From contig JBBCJC010000005.1 of NCBI GenBank assembly GCA_037189525.1, positions 160,001-224,000 of the forward strand: 64,000 nt of DNA, read 5' to 3'. Below the pieces are notes generated by a model. That model made no database searches, was not told the origin of the DNA, and worked only from the letters and a program-made list of their open reading frames with translations. Made by a program: the position numbers and the translations under genes. The stretch is from Gemmatimonadales bacterium. GTDB lineage: Bacteria > Gemmatimonadota > Gemmatimonadetes > Gemmatimonadales > GWC2-71-9. The stretch's first letter is position 1. Each line of letters starts with the position of its first letter. Positions 26,284-38,727 of the stretch are shown one piece after another.

Positions 26284-29013
26284 ATGGAGAGTGCGCACGC
26301 ACTGCTCATGGCTTTGCCCGTGGGCCTGGTCCTCGCGGGCTGCGGCGGATCCGATATGCCGGTCGACCCCGGCCGTCCCAACACACCGACGCCCGCGGCG
26401 GTGATCCTTGCAGCGGGACACCAGCAACAGGCGGCGGCCGGCACTGCCGTTCCGGTCGCTCCATCGGTCACCGTCCGCGATGCCCAAGGCCAGCCCATTG
26501 CCGGTGTCACCGTCCAGTTCACCGTCACGACTGGCGGAGGGAACGTCACTGGTAACGCTCCCATCACCAATGCGACCGGAACGGCCAGCGTCACCAGCTG
26601 GGTCCTCGGACCCAACGGCGATCAACGCCTCTCTGCGCAGGTGGCGTCACTGCCCGCGGTGGTTTTCGAGGCGAGCATTACCCCGGGAACCGGAGAGCAC
26701 TCGGGTACCGTCGGCCCCGGGGGCGGCACGGTCGGCATTACCGAGCCGGGCCATCCATATCATGGGCTCACCCTCACGGTTCCGGCCGGCACGGTGGCGG
26801 GCGCTGCCGACTGGCGGTTTCGTCTCGCTCAGCAACCCGCGAACATTCCACTGCCGGCAGGGATCCGGGTGGCAGGCCCGGTGCTCGAAGTCTCCACCAC
26901 GCAACTGCGCGGCAATCGTCTGATGCGACTGGAGATTCCGGTCGAGGAGACGGACGACGAGCTGATCTTCCCGGCGCTCCACGATCCGGGACGCAACGTG
27001 ATCGAGCTGCTCCCGATCGTCGACCGCACCCCGACATCCGTGGTGGTCGTCACCGCACACCTCCACAGCAGCCTCATCCTCGGCTCCACGCCGCTCGCCG
27101 CAGCTCGAGCGACGCCGGGTTTCGTCCGAGCGTCAGTCACCGCTGACGAGAGCGTGGCCCGAATCGCCCGCCTGGCGATCAGGAACATGAAGGAGTTGGC
27201 CACGACCCTGGAGGAATTCAACACGTTGATGAACCGGTGGCCCGTACGCGACCATGGTTCCGCGGCGTTTCCCGAGGGACATGGCGCAGGGATCGCCATC
27301 CTGGAGGCCGTGGCGACGGCCGAGAACTATCCCGCGTTCCAGGGCGCCGTGAGGTCCTTGCCGATCGAAGGTTTTTACGCGGAGGCCGCGCCGCTCGCGA
27401 TCGCGCAAATGGCGCAGCGGGAATTCATGTCGGTGGTGATCGGCGCGATCAACGAGGTGGGGCAAACGCTCAACCAGCATGAAAAACCGAAACGTGACGC
27501 GCTCCTGCTGCAGAACATCGTGGCCAGCGCGCGGCTCACCGGACGGCCCAGTCTCGTGGCCGGCATCTCGCAGGTTGCAGCCGGCGTACCCGTGGCCGCA
27601 TCGGTGGTGTCCGGAGCAACCGGTTCGATCTCGCTCACGACCCCCGCCTCGGCCCTGCCGACCCCGGTTCCCGTGGGGGCCGGCGGGCTTGGGACGATTG
27701 CGCTGCAGTTCGTCGGCGACGGGGCAGCGCATCAAATCGAGAACCTGGTCCCGCTTTCGTCCTTCGTGATAGCAACCGAGCGGGCGCATATCCTGATGGC
27801 CCCGCTCGACAGGATGAGCCAGGCGACGACCGATGAGCAGCGGGATGCGATCAACCGAGAGGTCGCCGCTGAAGCCGGCATGCCCGACCTGAACGTGGAG
27901 ATCCAACATCTCCCGGAGGAATCCTGGACCACCTCGGAGGTAACTGGCCGTCTCTCCTTCGTCGCCCGGAGCCAGGCTGCGCAGATCCGCGTCCTGGCGA
28001 ACTCGATCTCGGTTCATCGGCCGGATGGTTCGGAGCTCGCACGGTCGGTGGGCAACGCGCTTTCGGTTGCCGACGACCTGGACCTCGAATCCGCGCCAGT
28101 CGGAACATCCATCGGCCGGACCGTGTCCGCATTCGTCAACCAGGCAGGTGGCGCAATCCGACAGGTCGCGGTCGCGCAGATGCGCATGACCAGGGCGCCC
28201 TTTACGGTCGAACCCGAGGAGGTCCTCCTCGAGGGCGAGACGCGGACGGTGGAGCTGACAGCCTCCGTTCCCGTCCCCCCGACCGGCGGATTCGTGATCG
28301 AGTGGAATTGGGGTAACGGGGAAACGACCGAAACAGTCGGGGCGGCCAACGCATCATACCAGTACGAGACCGCCGGTAGCTACGATGTGGTGGCAACACT
28401 GATGACGAACACCGATCGGCGCAAGCTGGCGGTGGACACGGTCCGGGTGCGCGACAAGCCGAGCGCCTGGGTGGGGACATTCACGTCCTCGCGTGAACAC
28501 CACGCGGTCGGCTTCACAGGCACGCTCCGCTCCGAAGCGACGAATGTCCGATTCGAGCGTGTCGCCTCCGACGACCCGAGAGTAACCCGGTACGTGGTGG
28601 TGTCAGGTGAGCTGACCGCCTGGAACGAGGTCCCATGCGCCAACTACGTATCACCCATCACCCGGGTGACAATGAGCAACGATTCCGAATACCAGTGGCT
28701 CACGATCCGGGACACCGACCCCTCGACCCCGGCTGGGACTCCATCTGCCTCCGGCCTTTGGTACGCCGCGAACGGCTACACGGGCGGGCTCGAGATCTTC
28801 AACAAAGTCTGCCCATCGGACTTCACTCCGAATCCGGAAGCCTATCGCTTCGCGACTGGAATCGTCTGGCTGAATGCCTACGATGGGTCCGGCAGCTCAT
28901 TCAACTATTCGGCAAATCGCAACCTGATCCAGGGATCTGTGGTGAGGCACGGCACCGATAATACCACCACCGTGTGGACCTGGCGGCTCGAGCGGGTGTC
29001 CGCGGATCAGTAG
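26284..29013 (+). CDS. Large lipoprotein with Ig-like (Big_1) and PKD-like domains
   Basis: Lipobox LAGC, VRDAQGQPIAGVTVQFTV (Big_1-like), WNWGNG..YQYETAGSYDV (PKD-like). Confidence 0.8.
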   Translation: MESAHALLMALPVGLVLAGCGGSDMPVDPGRPNTPTPAAVILAAGHQQQAAAGTAVPVAPSVTVRDAQGQPIAGVTVQFTVTTGGGNVTGNAPITNATGTASVTSWVLGPNGDQRLSAQVASLPAVVFEASITPGTGEHSGTVGPGGGTVGITEPGHPYHGLTLTVPAGTVAGAADWRFRLAQQPANIPLPAGIRVAGPVLEVSTTQLRGNRLMRLEIPVEETDDELIFPALHDPGRNVIELLPIVDRTPTSVVVVTAHLHSSLILGSTPLAAARATPGFVRASVTADESVARIARLAIRNMKELATTLEEFNTLMNRWPVRDHGSAAFPEGHGAGIAILEAVATAENYPAFQGAVRSLPIEGFYAEAAPLAIAQMAQREFMSVVIGAINEVGQTLNQHEKPKRDALLLQNIVASARLTGRPSLVAGISQVAAGVPVAASVVSGATGSISLTTPASALPTPVPVGAGGLGTIALQFVGDGAAHQIENLVPLSSFVIATERAHILMAPLDRMSQATTDEQRDAINREVAAEAGMPDLNVEIQHLPEESWTTSEVTGRLSFVARSQAAQIRVLANSISVHRPDGSELARSVGNALSVADDLDLESAPVGTSIGRTVSAFVNQAGGAIRQVAVAQMRMTRAPFTVEPEEVLLEGETRTVELTASVPVPPTGGFVIEWNWGNGETTETVGAANASYQYETAGSYDVVATLMTNTDRRKLAVDTVRVRDKPSAWVGTFTSSREHHAVGFTGTLRSEATNVRFERVASDDPRVTRYVVVSGELTAWNEVPCANYVSPITRVTMSNDSEYQWLTIRDTDPSTPAGTPSASGLWYAANGYTGGLEIFNKVCPSDFTPNPEAYRFATGIVWLNAYDGSGSSFNYSANRNLIQGSVVRHGTDNTTTVWTWRLERVSADQ

Positions 29014-29040
29014 GCTCACCTATGGCTGGACTGGGAGGAG

Positions 29041-31533
29041 CTAGTCCGTCTGGTCCAGCCACCGCCGAGTCCGCACCGTCAGCTCCTGATCCTCGCCCCG
29101 TTGGGCGCGCAAGGTCTCCAGCGCGCGCTCCAGCAGGGGCACTCCTTCGTTCCGGCGCCCCAATCGCACCAGACAGTACCCGACGATGGACTCACCCGAG
29201 GCAACCGTCCAATGCTCCGCCCCGAACGCCGCCAGTCGCGTAGCGAGTGAAGCCCGGGACACGGCAAGTCCCTCGTCCAGCGCGCCGGGCCGGCCCGTCT
29301 GACAGAGTGCGGCGCCGAGCACATTCTGGAGATAGGCGGTGGTGGGATGGTTCGGGGGCAGCGTGGCCAGGGCAGACGCGAGCGGAGCCCGGAGTGTCGT
29401 GACCGCCTCCTCGAACCTTCCGGTTGCTTCGTACAGGGAGGCAAGCGAGCCCGCGGCGGTCAAGGTCGACTGGTGCGCCGGACCGAGTGACTCGGTCATC
29501 AACGTAATGGCGCGGGCAAAGGTGGACTCTGCCTCGCCGATGCGATCCAAGCCCCGAAGGACATTCGCCTGGTTTGCCAGGAGCGTCGCCAGGCGCGGCG
29601 CGCTGGCGCCGATGCGCTCGTAGAGCCGGGCGGCTTCGGCGTAGACCTCCGCCACCTCCTCGAGCCGACCTGGCTGGTACGAGAGGGCGACCGCGAGGTT
29701 GTTGTACACGCCTACCAGCACGAGCATCTCTCCGCCACCGTTCGCGTCGCGCAGCGCGATCGCGCGACGCAGCGTAGCCTCGGCGGCGATATGGTCGCCC
29801 AGCTCGATGTCGAGCGCCGCAAGTTGGTTCAGCGCACCCGCCATCTCCGACCAGGACCCGGCATCTGGGGACTCGAGTCGGTGCACCGCCTTGGCCGCAA
29901 AGGTCCGCGCTTCCTGAAGGCGGCCCTGCTCATGGAGCGCGAGCGCCCGGGTGAGATAAATCGCTCCCACCCTGGTTCCCTGCGTAGCTGGCGATTCCTC
30001 CATGATTGCCACCGCGGCACTCGTGAACCGATCGGCGCGATCGAGTTCGCCTCGCCCCGAGGCGACCTCGCCGAGTGCGGCGAGGACGTAGGCCCGCGCC
30101 GCCGGCTGATCACCGAGCAGCGAGTCCAGCTGCGTTTCGGCAATCCGGATCACGTCATCGACCGACTCCGCCGGCTCGGTCTCCCGCCAGGGATCCGCCG
30201 ATCCGAGGACGGTCTTGAGAAAGGTCACGGCCGATGTGGCCGTCGCCGCTTCGGCGCGAGCGACATCTCGCTGACGTTCCGCGACGCCGGCCTGCCAGAG
30301 GGCCGCCGAGAATCCCCCGATCAGCAGTCCGGCAATGGTGGCGGCGACCGCAAGGGCCTTCCAGTTTCGGCCGGCAAAACGCTTTGCTCGATAGGCCAGA
30401 GTCGATGGTCGGGCGAGAACGGGAGCACCCTCGCCATAGCGACGCAAGTCGTCGGCGAAGGCCTGGACCGACTGATAGCGTTCGGCCGGTTCTTTCTGGA
30501 GCGCCCGGAGGATGATGGCATCGAGATCCTCGACTCGGCGCGGCAGACGCGCACCACGCGCGGCAAGCGCCGCTCCGGGCGGCGGCGGAATCGTCTCGAG
30601 CACGATACGCGCCGCCTCTTGCGGCGTCGACGCCGGGTCCACCTGATAGGGAGTCTGTCCGGTCACCAGCCGATACAGGAGTACACCAAGCGAATAGATA
30701 TCCGTCGTGGTGCCGACTTCGTCGTCGCGAAACTGCTCAGGGCTCGCGTAACCCGGCGTCAGCATCCGACCGTACTCGGGCTCGCTGTCCCGTTCAGCCG
30801 CCTGCCGTTCCAACTCGGCGATACCGAAGTCCAACAGCTTGGCCGTTCCATCGGGCGTCACCAGGATATTGGCCGGCTTGATATCCCGGTGCACGACCAG
30901 ATTCTGGTGCGCAAAGTTCACGGCCGAACAGATCTGAGCAAAGACCTCGAGCAGACGATCGACCGAGGGCTGCTCCCGTGCGCACCAGGCATCGATCATC
31001 TCGCCGGGGACGTGTTCCATCACCAGATACGGCAGGCCGTCGGAGGTGGTCCCGCCATCGAGCAGGCGGGCGATATTCGGATGCTCGAGCCGCGCCAGCA
31101 GACGCCGCTCCTGCCCGAACCGGCGGACCAGCTCAGGGCTTCCCAGCCCATGCCGAATCACCTTCAACGCGGCGTGCTGCTCGAAATCCACGTCGACCCG
31201 GTGGGCGCGATAGACCGTCCCCATCCCGCCCCGATGCAACACCGAGTCGATTTCCCAGCCACCGATGCGGCGCCCCAACAGCTCTGATTCCATATGATTC
31301 GCCATCACGCTCGCGATCTTGCCGGCGAGTGGCTCGGCCAGGAACGTCGGGTCGGCGAGATGAGCGTCGAGGAGGGCGATCAGTTCTCCGGCAAGCACCG
31401 GGTCGCGCGCGCGAACGGACGCAAACAGCGCCGCTCGGGCGCCGGGATCTTTCAGCTCCAGAGCCTCGGCGAAGAGCACCGCGATCGCATCGAGCGCGGA
31501 GGCCGGTTCGGACTCGGGCGCCGGCTCAGCCAT
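29041..31533 (-). CDS. Membrane Ser/Thr kinase with TPR-repeat C-terminal domain
   Basis: GGMGTVY, HRDIKPANIL, LLDFGIA, YASPEQ, one TM, then TPRs (ALNQLA, YNNLAVAL). Confidence 0.93.
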   Translation of the reverse strand: MAEPAPESEPASALDAIAVLFAEALELKDPGARAALFASVRARDPVLAGELIALLDAHLADPTFLAEPLAGKIASVMANHMESELLGRRIGGWEIDSVLHRGGMGTVYRAHRVDVDFEQHAALKVIRHGLGSPELVRRFGQERRLLARLEHPNIARLLDGGTTSDGLPYLVMEHVPGEMIDAWCAREQPSVDRLLEVFAQICSAVNFAHQNLVVHRDIKPANILVTPDGTAKLLDFGIAELERQAAERDSEPEYGRMLTPGYASPEQFRDDEVGTTTDIYSLGVLLYRLVTGQTPYQVDPASTPQEAARIVLETIPPPPGAALAARGARLPRRVEDLDAIILRALQKEPAERYQSVQAFADDLRRYGEGAPVLARPSTLAYRAKRFAGRNWKALAVAATIAGLLIGGFSAALWQAGVAERQRDVARAEAATATSAVTFLKTVLGSADPWRETEPAESVDDVIRIAETQLDSLLGDQPAARAYVLAALGEVASGRGELDRADRFTSAAVAIMEESPATQGTRVGAIYLTRALALHEQGRLQEARTFAAKAVHRLESPDAGSWSEMAGALNQLAALDIELGDHIAAEATLRRAIALRDANGGGEMLVLVGVYNNLAVALSYQPGRLEEVAEVYAEAARLYERIGASAPRLATLLANQANVLRGLDRIGEAESTFARAITLMTESLGPAHQSTLTAAGSLASLYEATGRFEEAVTTLRAPLASALATLPPNHPTTAYLQNVLGAALCQTGRPGALDEGLAVSRASLATRLAAFGAEHWTVASGESIVGYCLVRLGRRNEGVPLLERALETLRAQRGEDQELTVRTRRWLDQTD

Positions 31534-32131
31534 TGGAAGTCGATGTATCGAAGTCGTGCCCGCCGAGCCGTGTGCGCAGCCAGGCCCGGCTGAAAGCCCA
31601 ATCGCGCTTGACGGTTGGCTCCGAAACGTGAAGCACCTCGGCGATTTCTGCCACTTCGAGTCCCGCGAAGTATCGGAGCTCAACCACTTTCGCGCGCCTC
31701 GGATCATCACTGCGCAGCGCATCCAGCGCCGCATCGAGCTGGATCAGTTCGTCGGCGTGCTCCAAGGTCATCACCTCCTCGTCCATTGCGGCCTCGAGCG
31801 GAACTTCCTGACGCCTGTCCCGGCGGGCCGCAAGCCGTTGACGCGCATAATCCAGTAGAAGGCGCCGAATCACGGTTGCCGCGAGAGCGTAGAAGTGGGC
31901 CCTGCTCTGCCAATCGGTCGTGTGTTGCTTCGCGAGACGGAGATAGGCTTCGTGCACCACCTCGGTCGCCTGGATGGTGACCGGAATATTGGCGCGGCGA
32001 ATCTGGCCGCGAACCAGACGGCGCAGTTCACCATAGATGATCGAGAAGAGCCGGTCTCCCGCCGACCGATCGCCGTCAGACCAGGCCTTCAGCAGGATCG
32101 TGACTTCTCCGGAATCGTCTGAGAGATTCAT
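31526..32131 (-). CDS. ECF sigma factor, TIGR02999/ECF43-like
   Basis: EVTILLKAW, YGELRRL, IQATEVVHEAYLRL, VELRYFAGL, TVKRDW. Overlaps the kinase start. Confidence 0.9.
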   Translation of the reverse strand: MNLSDDSGEVTILLKAWSDGDRSAGDRLFSIIYGELRRLVRGQIRRANIPVTIQATEVVHEAYLRLAKQHTTDWQSRAHFYALAATVIRRLLLDYARQRLAARRDRRQEVPLEAAMDEEVMTLEHADELIQLDAALDALRSDDPRRAKVVELRYFAGLEVAEIAEVLHVSEPTVKRDWAFSRAWLRTRLGGHDFDTSTSNG

Positions 32132-32396
32132 GATCGGCGTGTGCCTGGTACAGGGAGCGGAAGTGCTGGCGGGAAACGCTGGCCACCGAGTATCGAGCCG
32201 GTCAGGCCAGTATAGTCCGAACGACGGCCCGTCGCCAGCGATCAGAACGTATTCCGTCCCGCAATGCAACCGCGCAGTGGTCCCGCCGAGGGGACCCGGG
32301 TCGCGGACCAGGTCATCTACCACGATGCGCCCCCTGCGTCGTACATTTCGGAATTCGTCCGCCCGTCGACCCTCGCCAGATAGCGAGACGCCCATC

Positions 32397-32792
32397 ATGA
32401 TCCGATCCGTCACGACCCTGCTGGCAATTGCTGTACTTTCGGCGGCACCGTCCGCTGCCCAGGAACCCGTTTTCGTCGCGTTGTACTGGAAAGCAAAGCC
32501 CGGCATGGAAGCGGAATACGAGAAGTACATCCGCGAGGTGGCCGAGCCGATCGATGTCGAAGCGCAGAAGGCGGGCGCGTTCGAAGAGCTCCGTACATAC
32601 AAACCCGATGAGCCGAACGGCGAGTGGACCCATCTTCGCGTTTTCCGTTTCAAAGACCGCACGCAACTCGACAGCTTCTCGGCCAAGATGGACGACGCGG
32701 GCAAGCGGATCTATCCCGACGCATCCAAGCGACCCAAGTCGGAGCATCTCCGCGATCTGGTCAAGCGCGAGGTCTGGCACGGCTTTCACTGA
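32397..32792 (+). CDS. Small secreted protein, dimeric alpha/beta-barrel-like
   Basis: Signal peptide ending SAAQ, then WKAKPGMEAEYEKY. Confidence 0.7.
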   Translation: MIRSVTTLLAIAVLSAAPSAAQEPVFVALYWKAKPGMEAEYEKYIREVAEPIDVEAQKAGAFEELRTYKPDEPNGEWTHLRVFRFKDRTQLDSFSAKMDDAGKRIYPDASKRPKSEHLRDLVKREVWHGFH

Positions 32793-32811
32793 CGGCGTAC
32801 CCAACTTCACT

Positions 32812-34401
32812 ATGTCCATGTCGCGACGTGACGCGCTACAAATCCTGAGCGGCCTCTTTGCCGTTCCGCTCCTTCGCTGGCCGACGCTTCCCGCCGACCC
32901 GCTCGCAGGAACCATTCTCGAGTATCAGGCCGGCCGAGTCCGGGGTGACTGGACGGCTACCGAAGTTGTTCGGGCTGCGCTCGAGCGGTGCCGAGCCCTC
33001 AATGGCCGCCTCCATCTGGTCGACCTCCTGGCGGACGACACCGCCATGAAGGAAGCGGCTGCTTCGGACGAACGCGCGCGGCGCCGAGCGCTCCGTGGCC
33101 CGCTCGACGGGGTCCCGCTCTTTGCCAAGTCGATCTACGACATGGCGGGTCTGCCGACAACGGGATCGAGCGCCGTCTGGGCCGAACTTTTTCCTGAAGC
33201 GGTCGGTCAGGATGCGCTCGAAGTCGCGCGGCTCCGCGCAGCCGGCGGAGTGATCCTCGGCAAGACCGCAGCCGACGACTTTGCCTATCGCGGCAACGGG
33301 ACCTCATCGCTCACCGGTCAGGTGTGGAACCCGTATGACCCGACCCTGACGAAGACGCCGGGCGGATCGAGCGCCGGGTCTGCCGTAGCCGCCGCGTGCG
33401 GGATCGCCTTCGCGGGGCTCGGTACCGACGATGGAGGCTCCAACCGGATCCCGGCGCAGTTCTCCGGTGTCGTGGGCGTCAAGCCGACCTTCGGGCTGGT
33501 CCCGCGCACGGGCGTGCTGCCGACCTGGCCCTATCTCGATACGCATGGTCCGATGGCGCGAACCGTCGCCGACGCCGCGCTGATGCTCGATGCGCTCGCC
33601 GGCCCTGACACATCCGACGGCTTGGCCCGGACCGGAGCCTGGCGGTATGGATCGCTGGCTGCGCTCAAGGACGATGCCTTGGCCGGCGTGCGGATCGGGC
33701 TCCCCGCTTCGTATTTCCCGCGCGAACGGATGAGCGCCGAGTCGGTCGCGGTGATCGATCGTGCCATCGCCGACCTCCGCGCAGCCGGCGCCATCGTCGA
33801 GCCGTTCGAACCGGGCACCGCGCCGGGCACCTATCGCCAGCAGTTCATGGATGCCGCCAGCGCCCGGGGCGACGTCCGTCCGGACCCACGCTCGCCGGGG
33901 CCGACCGCCAATGCATTACTGCGCTACTTCCAACGCCACGGCGGCGATGCCCGCGCCTCGGTGCGCAAGGGCCTGGCCATTTTCCGCTCGTTCTATGACG
34001 TCCTGCCTGAAAGCTGGGACGCGATGGCCGTCCTGATCGAGCAACCCTATGAACAGGACCCGGCGGGGGTCTCCTTCGCGCGATCACGTGAGGCGGTGAT
34101 CGCAATCATGACGGAACGCTACAGGGAGCAGCGGATCGACGCGATCCTGCATCCGACGATGCCGTTCCCCGCTCCCCTTGCGGCGGATCGGTGGCCGGGT
34201 ACCCCCACCACCCTCAGCTACGGCAACTGGCTGGGCACGCCCGAAGTGTCGGTCCCAGGGGGATACGGGAGTGACGGAATGCCGGCCGGCAACGTGTCGT
34301 TCTCCGGGCTGCCGGGAAGCGACATCCGCCTGCTGGAGATCGCGCATGCGTTCGAACGCGTGTCGCAGCGGTTCGTTCCGCCGCCGCTGGATCGCCGTTG
34401 A
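32812..34401 (+). CDS. Amidase-signature family enzyme with twin-arginine-like N-terminus
   Basis: SRRDALQ, PLFAK (catalytic Lys), GGSSAGS, GTDDGGSNRIP. Confidence 0.9.
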   Translation: MSMSRRDALQILSGLFAVPLLRWPTLPADPLAGTILEYQAGRVRGDWTATEVVRAALERCRALNGRLHLVDLLADDTAMKEAAASDERARRRALRGPLDGVPLFAKSIYDMAGLPTTGSSAVWAELFPEAVGQDALEVARLRAAGGVILGKTAADDFAYRGNGTSSLTGQVWNPYDPTLTKTPGGSSAGSAVAAACGIAFAGLGTDDGGSNRIPAQFSGVVGVKPTFGLVPRTGVLPTWPYLDTHGPMARTVADAALMLDALAGPDTSDGLARTGAWRYGSLAALKDDALAGVRIGLPASYFPRERMSAESVAVIDRAIADLRAAGAIVEPFEPGTAPGTYRQQFMDAASARGDVRPDPRSPGPTANALLRYFQRHGGDARASVRKGLAIFRSFYDVLPESWDAMAVLIEQPYEQDPAGVSFARSREAVIAIMTERYREQRIDAILHPTMPFPAPLAADRWPGTPTTLSYGNWLGTPEVSVPGGYGSDGMPAGNVSFSGLPGSDIRLLEIAHAFERVSQRFVPPPLDRR

Positions 34402-34433
34402 CGGCGACCGGTACGATAGCTGCGTATAACCGC

Positions 34434-34620
34434 CTATGCTTTTCTTATCGGCAGCTGCGCATAGAGTTCGAAGTACTCCGCCCCCTGCGCAAACGGGCGA
34501 CCGATCATGGCTTCGAAACCCGGCTGATCGTCCGGGACATAGGCGCTCCGCGGCAGCCAGGTGCAGCGCGCGGAGTTCGAGGTCGATCCCGCCCTTGATC
34601 TCTACTTGTGCCACGGTCGC
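34434..34620 (-). pseudogene. C-terminal remnant of a GyrI-like effector-binding domain (AraC-type regulator)
   Basis: VAQVEIKGGIDLELRAL, then a frameshift, then TWLPRSAYVPDDQPGFEAMIGRPFAQGAEYFELYAQLPIRKA*. Confidence 0.65.
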
Positions 34621-34646
34621 CGAAATAGAGCTCGAACGGGTCTCGC

Positions 34647-34678
34647 TTGACAACGTCCCCTGCCCGAACGCTTATTTC
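34647..34678 (+). promoter_or_regulatory. Candidate sigma70 promoter for the met leader
   Basis: Perfect TTGACA at 34647-34652, but only a weak -10-like TATTTC at 34673. Confidence 0.3.
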
Positions 34679-34745
34679 CTGGGTTGCAGGTTGTCGAACT
34701 TTCAGAATGTGTGCCTGATCGTCATGAACCGTACTCTCCTCTCCA

Positions 34746-37245
<2,500 letters not shown>

Positions 37246-37383
37246 CCCTATACCTGCTCGGCGTCCTCCGAATCCCGAAAGAAGCGTCTGCGTCGATAGC
37301 GTATCATGAGCGAAAGGTCCGTAGAAGCTGACCGGGAGACAGACGCAACGACTCCGATCACACCACGACGACTCATCGCGGAC

Positions 37384-38571
37384 CTATCTCTTCACAGTTT
37401 GGTCGAGCCTAACCGTGTGTATCGATAGGCCGTAGGTTCCATCATCGTTTCGTTGATCACACATGAGTTCGAGCTGTGGCGTGACAAAGCGACATGATTG
37501 GTCAATCCGGGATCGAGCCAGCACTCGACCCGCTTCAAGATCGAGAACTTCGATATTCGTATCGTAATATTTTTCGAAATCCTGATCGATGATTCGCCAT
37601 CCTTTCTTATCCGAACGCCCCTCGCCGATTGGTTCAGCGACAACTCCACGGCGCCACTGTCGATCGGGAACAATCTCGAGGATCCAAACACGGCCTCGAG
37701 CATCTTGGCCTATCGCGGCAATATACCGCGCGGGCGTCGGGTACCCGTCCCGCGACTTTGAAACAGCGACCGGATGGGACTCGACCGATACCCGTCGAAT
37801 GAGGCGTCGGGCATCGGTGTCCCAGATCCCGATTTCGTGGCGGTTGTCGACGATGCGAGCAGTGATCAAACCGCCCGTCCTGATCGCTGCCATCACGAAT
37901 CGACGAGAGAGGCTTTCATTGCCAGGCGTCACGGTAGGCTGTGGCGGTCCAAAGCTACCACGCGCATTCCCGAGACGATCAAACAGGTGAAAAGGGAGAT
38001 TGATACGCTCCCGGTCCCGGATAATCGCATTGAGCAACACAGCCTCCGACGCATTCACCCACGTGACTCCCATGGTTTCCATCGGAGCCGGTGCGGAGCG
38101 CACATAGCGAAGCTGGGGATCATGGAAGCTCATTCGGGCATTCCCCATGTCGAGGACGATGAGCGTATCCCCGGGGATTACCGTGAGAAAGGTGGCACGA
38201 CCGAACTCTCCGGGGCCTCTTCCCTGTCGCCCGACAGCCCGGACTTTTCCGTCCCGTCCTACCACCCAGGGAAGTCTTTCCGAGTCAGACAAGCCGACAA
38301 ACACATTTCCATTTCGAGCAACCGCAACGCTGATCGGAATCGACGCAAAACCTTCCGCTCCCGCCCCAACGATACGAGATGCCGTGCCAATCTCGATCCG
38401 ACAGGCACTACAGAGAGCTGCCGAAGGAATGACCGTCTCCATCGGCGCCGACTGCCCAGGTGCCGCGACAGGACTCGACACCATGGCGACAATAGCCCAG
38501 AACGATCTCGGCAAGCACAGCGATCGCGAAAACCGAGGTACAGATTTAGCCCTGCCAGGTGAGCCGCTCAT
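37384..38571 (-). CDS. Secreted hypothetical protein, probable beta-propeller
   Basis: VGRQGRGPGEF..GDTLIVLD propeller-like motif. Less GC-biased codons than its neighbours. Confidence 0.7.
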   Translation of the reverse strand: MSGSPGRAKSVPRFSRSLCLPRSFWAIVAMVSSPVAAPGQSAPMETVIPSAALCSACRIEIGTASRIVGAGAEGFASIPISVAVARNGNVFVGLSDSERLPWVVGRDGKVRAVGRQGRGPGEFGRATFLTVIPGDTLIVLDMGNARMSFHDPQLRYVRSAPAPMETMGVTWVNASEAVLLNAIIRDRERINLPFHLFDRLGNARGSFGPPQPTVTPGNESLSRRFVMAAIRTGGLITARIVDNRHEIGIWDTDARRLIRRVSVESHPVAVSKSRDGYPTPARYIAAIGQDARGRVWILEIVPDRQWRRGVVAEPIGEGRSDKKGWRIIDQDFEKYYDTNIEVLDLEAGRVLARSRIDQSCRFVTPQLELMCDQRNDDGTYGLSIHTVRLDQTVKR

Positions 38572-38727
38572 GGGGGTAGCTCCACATGAAGTCAGCAGCG
38601 TGCACTAGCTACGCTACGGAGCCCCTGGCTGCTTGTCAATAACGAGGAAGAATGGGTGAATATCGGACCGAGCCGTGCTCGAGTATAACTCACTGAATCG
38701 AGGTGACCGAGCACGGACCAGGACGAC

